Assembly: GCA_012961755.1 (NCBI GenBank)
Contig: DTYS01000043.1
Coordinates: forward strand, 1 to 40,268
DNA length: 40,268 nucleotides
Source: Candidatus Latescibacterota bacterium
GTDB taxonomy: Bacteria; Latescibacterota; 4484-107; B68-G9
Direction of reading: 5' to 3'
Position 1 is the first letter of the stretch; every line of letters starts with the position of its first letter. The notes under the pieces were generated by a model, which worked only from the letters and a program-made list of their open reading frames with translations, was not told where the DNA came from and ran no database searches. The position numbers and the translations under genes are program-made. This document shows positions 24,487 to 32,449 of the stretch, piece after piece.

Positions 24487-27333
24487 TCACACCTCCCTGA
24501 GAGGGGCCTGCCATGCCTCCTTTAGGGTCCGGATCGAAGTCCTCACGACCTCCTCGCCCTCCAAGCCCAACACCACGAACTCATCGTCGTCCGTCACCTC
24601 ACCTATAAGGGCGAAGGGGACGCCCCAAAGCAGCCTTTCGAGCTCCCCTCCCTGCTCCGGGGCCACCTCTACGAGAAACCTCGAGTTGGACTCCGAAAAG
24701 AGTATTTCATCGTCCCTGTCCACGCCCTCCCTCGGCACGTTCCTCAGGTCGAGCCTCAGGCCGAGTCCTCCGGAGAAGGCCATCTCGGCCGAAGCTACGC
24801 CGAGCCCCCCGTCGGAGAGGTCGTGACAGGCCCTCAAGAGCCCTTCGGATATCGCGCGGGAGATCGCCCTGAGGACCTCCCTCCCCTCGGGCCTCACCTT
24901 CGGCACGGAGTTCCCCAGGTGGCCCATAAGCCTCCAGTACTCAGAGCCCCCGAGCTCCCTGTAGGTCGTGCCCACGATGTAGACCAGATCCCCCGGCCTC
25001 TTAAGGTCCATGGATACCACCCTTCCTACGTCCTCCACTACGGATAGGGCGGAGATCAGGAGGGTAGGAGGGATGGAGACCCTCCTGCCGTCAAGAAGGT
25101 AGTCGTTGTTGAGGCTGTCCTTGCCGGATATGAAGGGAGTTCCGTAGAACTTGGCGAAGTCGTAGCAGGCCAAGGCCGCCCTTACGAGTCCCCCGAGCTG
25201 CCGGGGGTCCTCAGGCGTCCCCCAGCAGAAGTTGTCCAGGAGGGCCGTGTGCTCGAGGTTCCCTCCCACCGCTACGATCTGCCTGAGGGCCTCGTCTACG
25301 GCGGACGCCGCCATCCAGTACGGGTCTATCACCCCGAACTTGGGACATATGCCGTTGGCGACGGCTATCCCTTTCTTGGACGACGGGATGGGCCGCACGA
25401 CAGCGGCGTCTCCGGGTCCGTCGTTTTCGGCTCCGACCAGGGGCTTCAGCACGCTCCCGCCCTGGACCTCATGGTCGTACTGCCTTATTATCCACTCTTT
25501 ACTGCACACGTTCGGTCGGGAGAGGACCCCGATGAGGGCGTCGGTGAGGTCCTTCTGAGGGGGGAAGTCCGGCTCGGGATAAGTAGGGGGGGTCCATTCG
25601 GCCTTCCTTTCTGGAAGCGGAAGGCCCCCGTGTAGGAAGTTCATGTCCAGATCTGCCACGGGCTCACCCCTGTACCGCAGCCTGAGCCTGCCGTCCCCTG
25701 TGAACTTTCCTATGACCGTAGCTTCTACGTCCTCCCTCGAGAAGAGCTCCAGGAGCTCGTCCAAATTTTCTGGAGGTACGGCCAGCAGCATCCTCTCCTG
25801 GGCCTCGGATATCCATATCTCCGTGTACGACAGCCCCTCGTACTTCAGCGGAACCCTGTCCAGGTCCACCAGTATCCCGACTTCCTTCCCCATCTCCCCG
25901 GCGGCCGAGGAGAGCCCCCCTCCACCGCAGTCGGTTATCGCCCTGTAGAGCCCCCTGTCCCGTGCCTTGAGGAGCACGTCGGTAAGTTTCTTCTCCGTTA
26001 TGGGGTTCCCTATCTGGACCACCCCTCCAGGTATCCCCTCCGAGAGGGCATCGGAGGAGAACGTCGCCCCGTGGATCCCGTCCCTCCCCGTCCTGCCTCC
26101 CACGAGCACTATGAGGTCCCCGGGCCTCACGGCCTTCTTTACCTTATCCCTCGGCATGATCCCCACCGTTCCGCAGTACACGAGGGGGTTGAAAGTGAAC
26201 CCCTCGTCGAAGCACACTGCCCCGTTCACCGTCGGGATCCCCATCCTGTTCCCGTAGTCCCTGACCCCCGCCACCACCCCCCGGAAGATCTGTCTGGGGT
26301 GGAGCGTGCCCTTGGGAAGTTTCTCCCTCGGTAGGTCCAAAGGGCCGAAGCAGAAAACGTCAGTGTTGAGGATGGGCTTGGCCCCGAGTCCCGTGCCTAG
26401 TACGTCCCTTATGACCCCTCCTATCCCCGTCCCTGCCCCGCCGTAAGGTTCCAAGGCGGAGGGGTGGTTGTGGGTCTCGACCTTAAAGCATACGGCCCAT
26501 TCCTCGTCGAAGGCGATGACGCCAGCGTTGTCCACGAAGACCGAAAGGCACCAGGGCTTAGAAAGTTCCTCTGTGGCCTTCATTATAGTGTTCCTTAGGA
26601 GGTCATCTATCTTCCTTCCCTCGTATATTATCCTGCCCTTGAAGGTCTTGTGCACGCAGTGTTCCGACCACGTCTGCGCTAAGGTTTCAAGTTCGACGTC
26701 CGTGGGCTCCCTACCCTTCCTCCTGAAGTGTTCCTGGATGACCCTCATCTCCTCCAGGCTCAGGGAGAGGAGCCTCTCCTTGCTTATCTTCATAAGTTCC
26801 TCGTCAGATGCCTCCCTTATAGGTACCTCGGCCCTCTCGAACTTCCACGGTTCCTCGGGAGGACGGAGGGCCTCACCTCCAACGACCAAGTGCTGGATCA
26901 GGGGGTTGGCCAGGACCCCATCTGCGAGGAGGTCCACATCTTCTTCGGATATGCCCCAAAGTATGTACCTCTTAGCCGTGCGTACGGCTTCTACATGTAT
27001 CCCCATATCCCCTATAGCCTTCTTTATACTCTCCTCAGCAGGGTCCGTGACCCCGGGGTTGTAGGCGACCTCAACGCTCAGGGCCCCCTCGGGCGTCTCC
27101 CACAGCTCCGGTGCGTCCCTTCCTAACCTGTACTCCTGGGTCACCGAGTCGGCAAGCAACTCCCGGGCTATCCTATCGGCATCCTCGAGCCCCATACTCC
27201 CGTCCATGCGGTAGACCCATATAATCTCCAGGCGTTCCACCTTCACCCCGACCTCCCTCATCTCCCCGGCCTTGGAGTGGGCCTCCGCGTCGTACACCCC
27301 ATGCCTGTACCTGACCTCAATCCTCCAGGGCAT
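24487..27333 (-). CDS. purL: Phosphoribosylformylglycinamidine synthase, PurS-PurS-PurL fusion (no glutaminase domain)
   Basis: PurL core: 'TWSEHCVHKTF', 'KVETHNHPSALEPYGGAGTGIGGVIRD', 'GGRTGRDGIHGATFSS', 'ITDCGGGGLSSA', 'HDLSDGGLGVA'. About 170 N-terminal residues form two PurS-like repeats ('IEVRYRHGVYDAEAHS...' and 'VEVAYNPGVTDPAEES...'). The protein ends without a PurQ-like domain. Confidence 0.9.
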   Translation of the reverse strand: MPWRIEVRYRHGVYDAEAHSKAGEMREVGVKVERLEIIWVYRMDGSMGLEDADRIARELLADSVTQEYRLGRDAPELWETPEGALSVEVAYNPGVTDPAEESIKKAIGDMGIHVEAVRTAKRYILWGISEEDVDLLADGVLANPLIQHLVVGGEALRPPEEPWKFERAEVPIREASDEELMKISKERLLSLSLEEMRVIQEHFRRKGREPTDVELETLAQTWSEHCVHKTFKGRIIYEGRKIDDLLRNTIMKATEELSKPWCLSVFVDNAGVIAFDEEWAVCFKVETHNHPSALEPYGGAGTGIGGVIRDVLGTGLGAKPILNTDVFCFGPLDLPREKLPKGTLHPRQIFRGVVAGVRDYGNRMGIPTVNGAVCFDEGFTFNPLVYCGTVGIMPRDKVKKAVRPGDLIVLVGGRTGRDGIHGATFSSDALSEGIPGGVVQIGNPITEKKLTDVLLKARDRGLYRAITDCGGGGLSSAAGEMGKEVGILVDLDRVPLKYEGLSYTEIWISEAQERMLLAVPPENLDELLELFSREDVEATVIGKFTGDGRLRLRYRGEPVADLDMNFLHGGLPLPERKAEWTPPTYPEPDFPPQKDLTDALIGVLSRPNVCSKEWIIRQYDHEVQGGSVLKPLVGAENDGPGDAAVVRPIPSSKKGIAVANGICPKFGVIDPYWMAASAVDEALRQIVAVGGNLEHTALLDNFCWGTPEDPRQLGGLVRAALACYDFAKFYGTPFISGKDSLNNDYLLDGRRVSIPPTLLISALSVVEDVGRVVSMDLKRPGDLVYIVGTTYRELGGSEYWRLMGHLGNSVPKVRPEGREVLRAISRAISEGLLRACHDLSDGGLGVASAEMAFSGGLGLRLDLRNVPREGVDRDDEILFSESNSRFLVEVAPEQGGELERLLWGVPFALIGEVTDDDEFVVLGLEGEEVVRTSIRTLKEAWQAPLREV

Positions 27334-27745
27334 GCTTCCTCCATACGCTCAGGTACCTTTCGACCTCCGCTTCCATCCTCTCCCTACCCTCTGGGGTCAC
27401 ATCCTCAAATCCTGCAAGGTGTAGGAGCCCGTGGAACACGAGCCTTGCGACCTCCTCCTCGTAGGGGACCCCGAACTCCCGGGCCTGTTCCTCGGCCCTT
27501 TCCAGGGAGACGTATACCTCCCCCGAGGGACCCTCGGGGGAAGGGTCCCTGAGGTCGAAGGCGAGGACATCGGTGGGAAAGTCCCTGCCCAAGAACTTCC
27601 TGTTGAGTTCTACGATGCGGGCATCGTCCACGAAGATTACCGTCACGTCACCTAGACCGTACCTCTCGACTATCCTCTCCCCGACCTCCCACAGTCCCTC
27701 CAGCTCAACCTTCGGTCCCTCCGTTCCCTGCGCGAACTCCAGCAA
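27317..27745 (-). CDS. ybeY: rRNA maturation endoribonuclease YbeY
   Basis: 'VTVIFVDDARIVELNRKFLGRDFPTDVLAF' and the metal motif 'FHGLLHLAGFED'. The TTG start follows AGGAGGGAGG. It overlaps the purL start by 17 nt and the pgpH-like stop by 41 nt. Confidence 0.85.
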   Translation of the reverse strand: MLEFAQGTEGPKVELEGLWEVGERIVERYGLGDVTVIFVDDARIVELNRKFLGRDFPTDVLAFDLRDPSPEGPSGEVYVSLERAEEQAREFGVPYEEEVARLVFHGLLHLAGFEDVTPEGRERMEAEVERYLSVWRKHALED

Positions 27746-29903
27746 CCTCCCTCCTTTCGGGATAGGCTACCCGGGGATGGAACACCCCCATAAGGACCGG
27801 GAGGAAGCTCTCCTCTATCCTCCTAAGGTCCCTGAGGGTGAGGTCGCTTCCGTCCAACTGGCCGTCTTCGAGCTTCTTCCTCATGACCTCCCTTATCATC
27901 CCCCTGACCCTGGCAGGCGTCCTCTCCTTGAGGGAGCGCACGGCGGACTCGACGGAGTCCGACAACATGACGATAGCCGCCTCCTTGTTCTGGGGTATCG
28001 GGCCGGGATACCTGAAGCTTGCCTCGGAGACGTCCCCCATCTGCTTCCTGGCCTTGTCGTAGAAGTACTCCATGATGGAGGTCCCGTGATGTTGGGGGAT
28101 AAAGTTCTGTACGGCCTTGGGAAGACCGTGCTCCCTGGCGAGCTCTAGGCCGTCCTTCACATGTGCTGCGAGGATCAGGGCGCTCATGGTCGGGCTGAGC
28201 CTGTCGTGGGGGTTGGAGGTCCCCATCTGGTTCTCTATGAAGTACTCGGGCTTCCTCATCTTGCCTATGTCGTGGTAGTACGCCCCGACCCTCGCGAGGA
28301 GGGAGTTCGCGCCCACGGCCTCAGCGGCGGCCTCGGCCAGTATGCTCACGATTATAGTATGGTTATAAGTCCCCGGCGCCCTGACGGCGAGCTCCCTCAG
28401 GAGGGGATGGTTAAGGTCGGAAAGCTCCACTAGGGTTATGTTCGTGGTTATGCCGAACAGGGTTTCGAATATGGGCAGTAGACCTATGGTGAGCACGGGG
28501 AAGGAGATGCCGCTCAGTGCTCCCAAAGTCATAGCCTTGCCGAGGGGACCCATCTCCAGAAGATGTACTGAGGAAAGTACCGGTACACCTATAACGTAGA
28601 CCGACGGGAGGACGCCGAGGGCCCCGTAGAACTGCTTCCTGTGGCGGACCTGGCGCACGGAGGCGACGGCGGCCGTCCCGGCTGAGACCGAAAGCACGGT
28701 CATCCCGAGGTTTCCTAAGAACTGCCCGGACAGGAGCGCCCCCGACACCGTCATCACGAACCCCACCCCTACATCGAAGAGCACTGTAGCCAACATCGAG
28801 GAAAGGGGTAGGGGAAGGAGTAGGAAGAAGAGCTCGGGCATGGTCCTCAGGTACGAGGCCGTACCCGCAGGGATGAGGAACAGTATAGAGAGAAGGAGGA
28901 TGTTCCCGTTCCTCCCGAAGATGTTCCTCCTGAATAGGAGGAGATGACCCATAACGAGGAAGTAGAAGGCGGAATTCAGGACGGCCCAACTTGCCATGGT
29001 GCGCGCCCTCGGCCAGGCACCCCGTTCCATGCTCCTTTTCATCTTCTCCTGTGCCAGGGACCTCAGTATCTCTATGTGCTCCTCGGTCACGAGCTCATGT
29101 TTGCCTATTATACGATATCCCTTCGGTATCAACCTCTTATATATACCCACCTTGCCGGCCGCCTCCTCCCTGCGACGCCTGGTCTCGACCTCGTCCAGGG
29201 ATAGGTTAGGGGAAAGGAAAGCGGTCAGGACCTCATATCCCAAGAGGGCGAGGTCCTCGGACAGGAGCCTAGCCCGTAACTGGGAGAGGAGCCTCTCCCT
29301 CAGTCCCTTGAGGTCCCATATGTCCTCCAGGGGCACCTCCCTTTCCCCCCCCTCGTAGGCTATCATGACCTTTCCGGTGGAACAGGGTGGGACCTTGGAC
29401 TTATCTTCCAAAAAGCCCCTTCCGTAGAAGTCCTTGAGTACCTCCGTGCAGGCCCTCACAAACCTCCTCCACGTCCTGGGCCTTCGACTAGTCCGGACGA
29501 GTTCCCTGAGGGTCTCCTCCTGGAGAGGATAGTCCCTAAGCGAAAGGAAGGTCGCGGAATCCCTCCTCGCTCGCGCGGCCAGCTTCCAGAAATCTTCCAA
29601 GCGTTTAAGCTCCTTCCCTCCGACATCCCGATGATACCTGAGGAGGGGAGGGACGGCCAAGCGGGCCTTCTCCCTGTCCCCCTTCAATTCCTCCTTAGAT
29701 TTCCTCACGAAGAACGTGAACGGGGCCAATATTTCCCTGTCGCTCACCATGCCCGGCTTCAGGTCGGAGAACTCGTGGGATTTGGGGAGGGGGGAGAGGA
29801 CCGTGAGCAGTGCCACGCTCCCCACCCAGATCCCAGCCCTGAGCCATCTTCCTCCGACCTTCCCGAGCTTGGGAGAAGGTCTTTTTACTCTTCCCGGGTT
29901 CAT
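27705..29903 (-). CDS. 7TM-HD membrane phosphohydrolase (PgpH/YqfF-like HDIG protein)
   Basis: An N-terminal TM and extracellular region, a seven-TM block, and the HD domain 'GTYNHTIIVSILAEAAA...GAYYHDIGKMRKPEYFIENQ'. It sits in the conserved phoH, 7TM-HD, ybeY gene order. Confidence 0.85.
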   Translation of the reverse strand: MNPGRVKRPSPKLGKVGGRWLRAGIWVGSVALLTVLSPLPKSHEFSDLKPGMVSDREILAPFTFFVRKSKEELKGDREKARLAVPPLLRYHRDVGGKELKRLEDFWKLAARARRDSATFLSLRDYPLQEETLRELVRTSRRPRTWRRFVRACTEVLKDFYGRGFLEDKSKVPPCSTGKVMIAYEGGEREVPLEDIWDLKGLRERLLSQLRARLLSEDLALLGYEVLTAFLSPNLSLDEVETRRRREEAAGKVGIYKRLIPKGYRIIGKHELVTEEHIEILRSLAQEKMKRSMERGAWPRARTMASWAVLNSAFYFLVMGHLLLFRRNIFGRNGNILLLSILFLIPAGTASYLRTMPELFFLLLPLPLSSMLATVLFDVGVGFVMTVSGALLSGQFLGNLGMTVLSVSAGTAAVASVRQVRHRKQFYGALGVLPSVYVIGVPVLSSVHLLEMGPLGKAMTLGALSGISFPVLTIGLLPIFETLFGITTNITLVELSDLNHPLLRELAVRAPGTYNHTIIVSILAEAAAEAVGANSLLARVGAYYHDIGKMRKPEYFIENQMGTSNPHDRLSPTMSALILAAHVKDGLELAREHGLPKAVQNFIPQHHGTSIMEYFYDKARKQMGDVSEASFRYPGPIPQNKEAAIVMLSDSVESAVRSLKERTPARVRGMIREVMRKKLEDGQLDGSDLTLRDLRRIEESFLPVLMGVFHPRVAYPERREVAGVRAGNGGTEG

Positions 29904-29987
29904 AGGCTTCCTCAGAGCGATGCGGAAGAGAGCCCCTGTCGATGGCGTGGCCGCGCCATCTCCTGGACTTCTCCGAGCTTTAGGCAG

Positions 29988-30968
29988 TCATCCGGTGGCC
30001 TTCCCCTTGAACCTGTCGTAGGCCTTTATTATATCCCTCACCAGCTTGTGACGTACAACGTCCTGGTCCGAGAGGTACACGAACTTCACCCCCTCGACCC
30101 CCCCCAATATCTTCTGTATCTGGACGAGGCCCGAGGCTCCGGGGTCGGGGAGGTCTATCTGGGTTATGTCTCCGGTGATCACGGCCTTGGAACCTATCCC
30201 GAGCCTTGTGAGGAACATCTTCATCTGGACGGGCAGGGTGTTCTGGGCCTCGTCCAGTATTGCGAACGCGCTGTTGAGGGTCCTTCCCCTCATGTACGCC
30301 AAGGGGATGACCTCTACGGTGCGGCTCTCCAACAGGGCCTTGAGCTTGTCGGGAGGGAGCATGTCCTCCAGGGCGTCGTACAGGGGCCTGAGGTACGGGT
30401 CCACCTTCTCCAGAAGGTCACCGGGCAGGAACCCCAGGCTCTCGCCGGCCTCCACCGCCGGCCTGCTGAGCACTATCTTGGAGACCTTCCTCTCCTTCAG
30501 GGCTGCCACCGCCATAGCGACGGCCAGGTAGGTCTTACCCGTGCCCGCCGGTCCTATCCCGAACACCACGTCGTACGAGCGGATGGCCTGGATGTAGAGG
30601 TACTGGCCCACAGAACGCGGGCGGATGGACCCCCTCCGGGTGGAGAGCACGATCTCGGGCGGGGGGAGCTTCCCCTCCTCCGAAAGGAAGTCCAGGGCGA
30701 ACCCTATGTCCGCCTCGTCCAGCCTCGTTCCCCTCTCTATCAGGCCCTTCAGCTTCTCTAGGAGGCCGGCGGCCTGCTCCACGCTGCCCGGCTCTCCCTC
30801 CAACATGACCTCCTCCCCCCTCGCCACCACCTTAACGGAGAACTTCTGCTCTATGGCCATTAGATGTGCGTCCCTCTTCCCGTATAGCAGGAGGGGATCG
30901 ACGCCGGCCACCGATATACGCTTCTGGACCTTATCCTCCATACATAAAGCTCGTCCGGATCGAAACAT
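29988..30968 (-). CDS. phoH: PhoH-family ATPase
   Basis: Walker A 'GPAGTGKTYLAVAMAV', 'LSRPAVEAGESLGFLPGDLLEKVDPYLRPLYDAL' and 'RGRTLNSAFAILDEAQN'. An alternative start lies at the internal 'MEDKVQ'. Confidence 0.9.
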   Translation of the reverse strand: MFRSGRALCMEDKVQKRISVAGVDPLLLYGKRDAHLMAIEQKFSVKVVARGEEVMLEGEPGSVEQAAGLLEKLKGLIERGTRLDEADIGFALDFLSEEGKLPPPEIVLSTRRGSIRPRSVGQYLYIQAIRSYDVVFGIGPAGTGKTYLAVAMAVAALKERKVSKIVLSRPAVEAGESLGFLPGDLLEKVDPYLRPLYDALEDMLPPDKLKALLESRTVEVIPLAYMRGRTLNSAFAILDEAQNTLPVQMKMFLTRLGIGSKAVITGDITQIDLPDPGASGLVQIQKILGGVEGVKFVYLSDQDVVRHKLVRDIIKAYDRFKGKATG

Positions 30969-31029
30969 AAGAGAAGCCCTTGACCCTGAAAGGGGCCAAG
31001 AGCTTCGGAATCTTCGCTTCCTCGTCCAT

Positions 31030-31863
31030 CTAATCCCTTGGTATCTCCAATACCTGCGCAGGGTAGATGAGGTTGGGGTCCAGTATCTGGTCCCTGTTAG
31101 CTTCGTATATCTTGGGCCACTTGGACGGATCGCCGTAGATTTCCTCGTACCCGGCTATCTTGGACAGCCACTCCCCGAAGACCACGAGGTGCTGGTTTTC
31201 CTTCACCCCCCTCGGGATTATCAGCTCCCAACCCGGGTAGATGAGGTCCGGGTCCGTTATCTGGTCGTTAGCCAGGTATATCCTCGGCCACATGTAAGGA
31301 TCGCCGTAGACCTCCTCTTTCTTCGCTATGTTCCAGAGGCAGTCCCCCTTGAGCACGGTATAATGCCCAGGAGAGGGGAGCTCCGGCACCTTGGCCCATA
31401 TCTGCGCCAGGGCCCCCTCTAAGGCGGTCAACCTTTCGTCTATTTCGGGGAGAGCTGCTATCTTGCTCCCTCTGAGCTCTTCGATTCGCTTCTTTATCTC
31501 CTTAAGCTCCTTTTTCTTCCAGAACAAATCGTCGGGGGAGAGGCCCTTCAGGGCGTCCACCTCCTTCTCTATCTCCTTTACCTGGGCCTGGAAGGCCCTC
31601 ACTCCCTGCTCGTCTGTGCCTATAAGGGAGTAAATTTCCTTCTTCACGGCGGCTATACGCCTATCCAGACTTCTGAGCTCCTCCTTAAGCGCCTTTATCT
31701 CCTTTTCAAGCTTAGCTATAGCTGCCTTGGCCTCGCTCTCCCTCTTGAGGGCCCGTTCCAGCTCCGCCCTGTATTCCTCGTAGGTCATCTTCCTTTGGGC
31801 CGCCTGGAGCGGAGCGGAGGACCCCAAGAGGAGGACGGTCACCCAGATGTATCCCCAACGCAT
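31030..31863 (-). CDS. Exported coiled-coil protein with two C-terminal LysM peptidoglycan-binding domains
   Basis: Signal peptide 'MRWGYIWVTVLLLGSSAPLQAA' and about 150 aa of heptad-like Glu/Lys/Leu-rich sequence. Two LysM-like repeats follow: 'YTVLKGDCLWNIAKKEEVYGDPYMWPRIYLANDQITDPDLIYPGWELIIP' and 'LVVFGEWLSKIAGYEEIYGDPSKWPKIYEANRDQILDPNLIYPAQVLEIP'. RBS GAGGAGG. Confidence 0.8.
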   Translation of the reverse strand: MRWGYIWVTVLLLGSSAPLQAAQRKMTYEEYRAELERALKRESEAKAAIAKLEKEIKALKEELRSLDRRIAAVKKEIYSLIGTDEQGVRAFQAQVKEIEKEVDALKGLSPDDLFWKKKELKEIKKRIEELRGSKIAALPEIDERLTALEGALAQIWAKVPELPSPGHYTVLKGDCLWNIAKKEEVYGDPYMWPRIYLANDQITDPDLIYPGWELIIPRGVKENQHLVVFGEWLSKIAGYEEIYGDPSKWPKIYEANRDQILDPNLIYPAQVLEIPRD

Positions 31864-31876
31864 TTCGCCTCCTCGG

Positions 31877-32137
31877 TTACTTACCCCCCAGTTTCGCCTT
31901 TACAGCGTCCCTCTTCGCTTCAAGTTTCCTCAGCTCTTCCTTCTTCTTGGAGACCTTCGCCTCCAGGGAAGCCTTCTCCTTCTTCTTGTCCTCGAGCTCC
32001 TTCTCGGCCAGGGCCGCCGCCTTTCTGGCCTCCTCCAAGCGGTTCAACTCCTCTTGGGAGGGATGCCTTGCGCATCCTGCGGCCCCTCCCAGGACCACTG
32101 CAATGGCCAAACCCCATATACATAGCTTACTTCTCAA
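31877..32137 (-). CDS. Small coiled-coil lipoprotein ending in Lys (Lpp-like architecture)
   Basis: The TTG at 32137 lies 5 nt after AAGGAGGT and gives 'MRSKLCIWGLAIAVVLGGAAGC' (signal plus lipobox). The 65-aa mature part is almost entirely Glu/Lys/Ala/Leu heptad-like sequence ending '...AVKAKLGGK'. The ORF-track start at 32191 has no RBS. Confidence 0.6.
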   Translation of the reverse strand: MRSKLCIWGLAIAVVLGGAAGCARHPSQEELNRLEEARKAAALAEKELEDKKKEKASLEAKVSKKKEELRKLEAKRDAVKAKLGGK

Positions 32138-32228
32138 GGCACACCTCCTTTGTTTGGGAGCCTCCACTATAGGTCGAGGCCTGGACTGCAACTACCCCGA
32201 GGCCCCATCGATCTTCCCCTGGAAGATA

Positions 32229-32257
32229 AAAATAATAGAAGCTTCTGAAAATGTCAA
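32229..32257 (-). promoter_or_regulatory. Candidate promoter (TTGACA-17-TATTTT) for the lipoprotein/LysM/phoH array
   Basis: On the minus strand, TTGACA lies at 32257-32252 and TATTTT at 32234-32229, within the only AT-rich stretch of the 310-nt divergent intergenic region. Confidence 0.3.
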
Positions 32258-32380
32258 GCTTTTTGCCCACCTTCGGAGAGTCTTTTCTGAAGAGCTCCCG
32301 TGTAAAAAGATGGTTGCGCAGGGGAAGGAGATGGTGTATCTTTAGAGCGTGCGGATGCCCCTTAGATTTAGTGGAATTAC

Positions 32381-32413
32381 AGGCCGGTCCCTCCGGTGGA
32401 GCTGGACCGGCCT
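32381..32413 (+). promoter_or_regulatory. Stem-loop in the purB 5' leader
   Basis: A 10-bp perfect stem AGGCCGGTCC / GGACCGGCCT with a 13-nt loop lies 37 nt upstream of the purB ATG. It is downstream of a possible TTGCGC-17-TATCTT promoter (32314-32342). Confidence 0.3.
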
Positions 32414-32449
32414 TCACACGCTGAGGGTCCTTCAGGGAGAGGGGGGAAC

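Noticed and set aside
29941-29960. A 7-bp inverted repeat GATGGCG/CGCCATC in the 84-nt phoH to 7TM-HD spacer.
   Set aside because: The stem is short, there is no U-tract, and the flanking genes are co-directional. This is not sufficient to call a terminator or operator.
32192-32449. A possible purine, ZTP or PRPP riboswitch in the 310-nt region upstream of purB.
   Set aside because: I could not find the conserved cores. There is no purine-riboswitch three-way junction loops and no ZTP 'CCGCCUGGG'-type pseudoknot element. Only a generic hairpin is present, which I reported separately at low interest.
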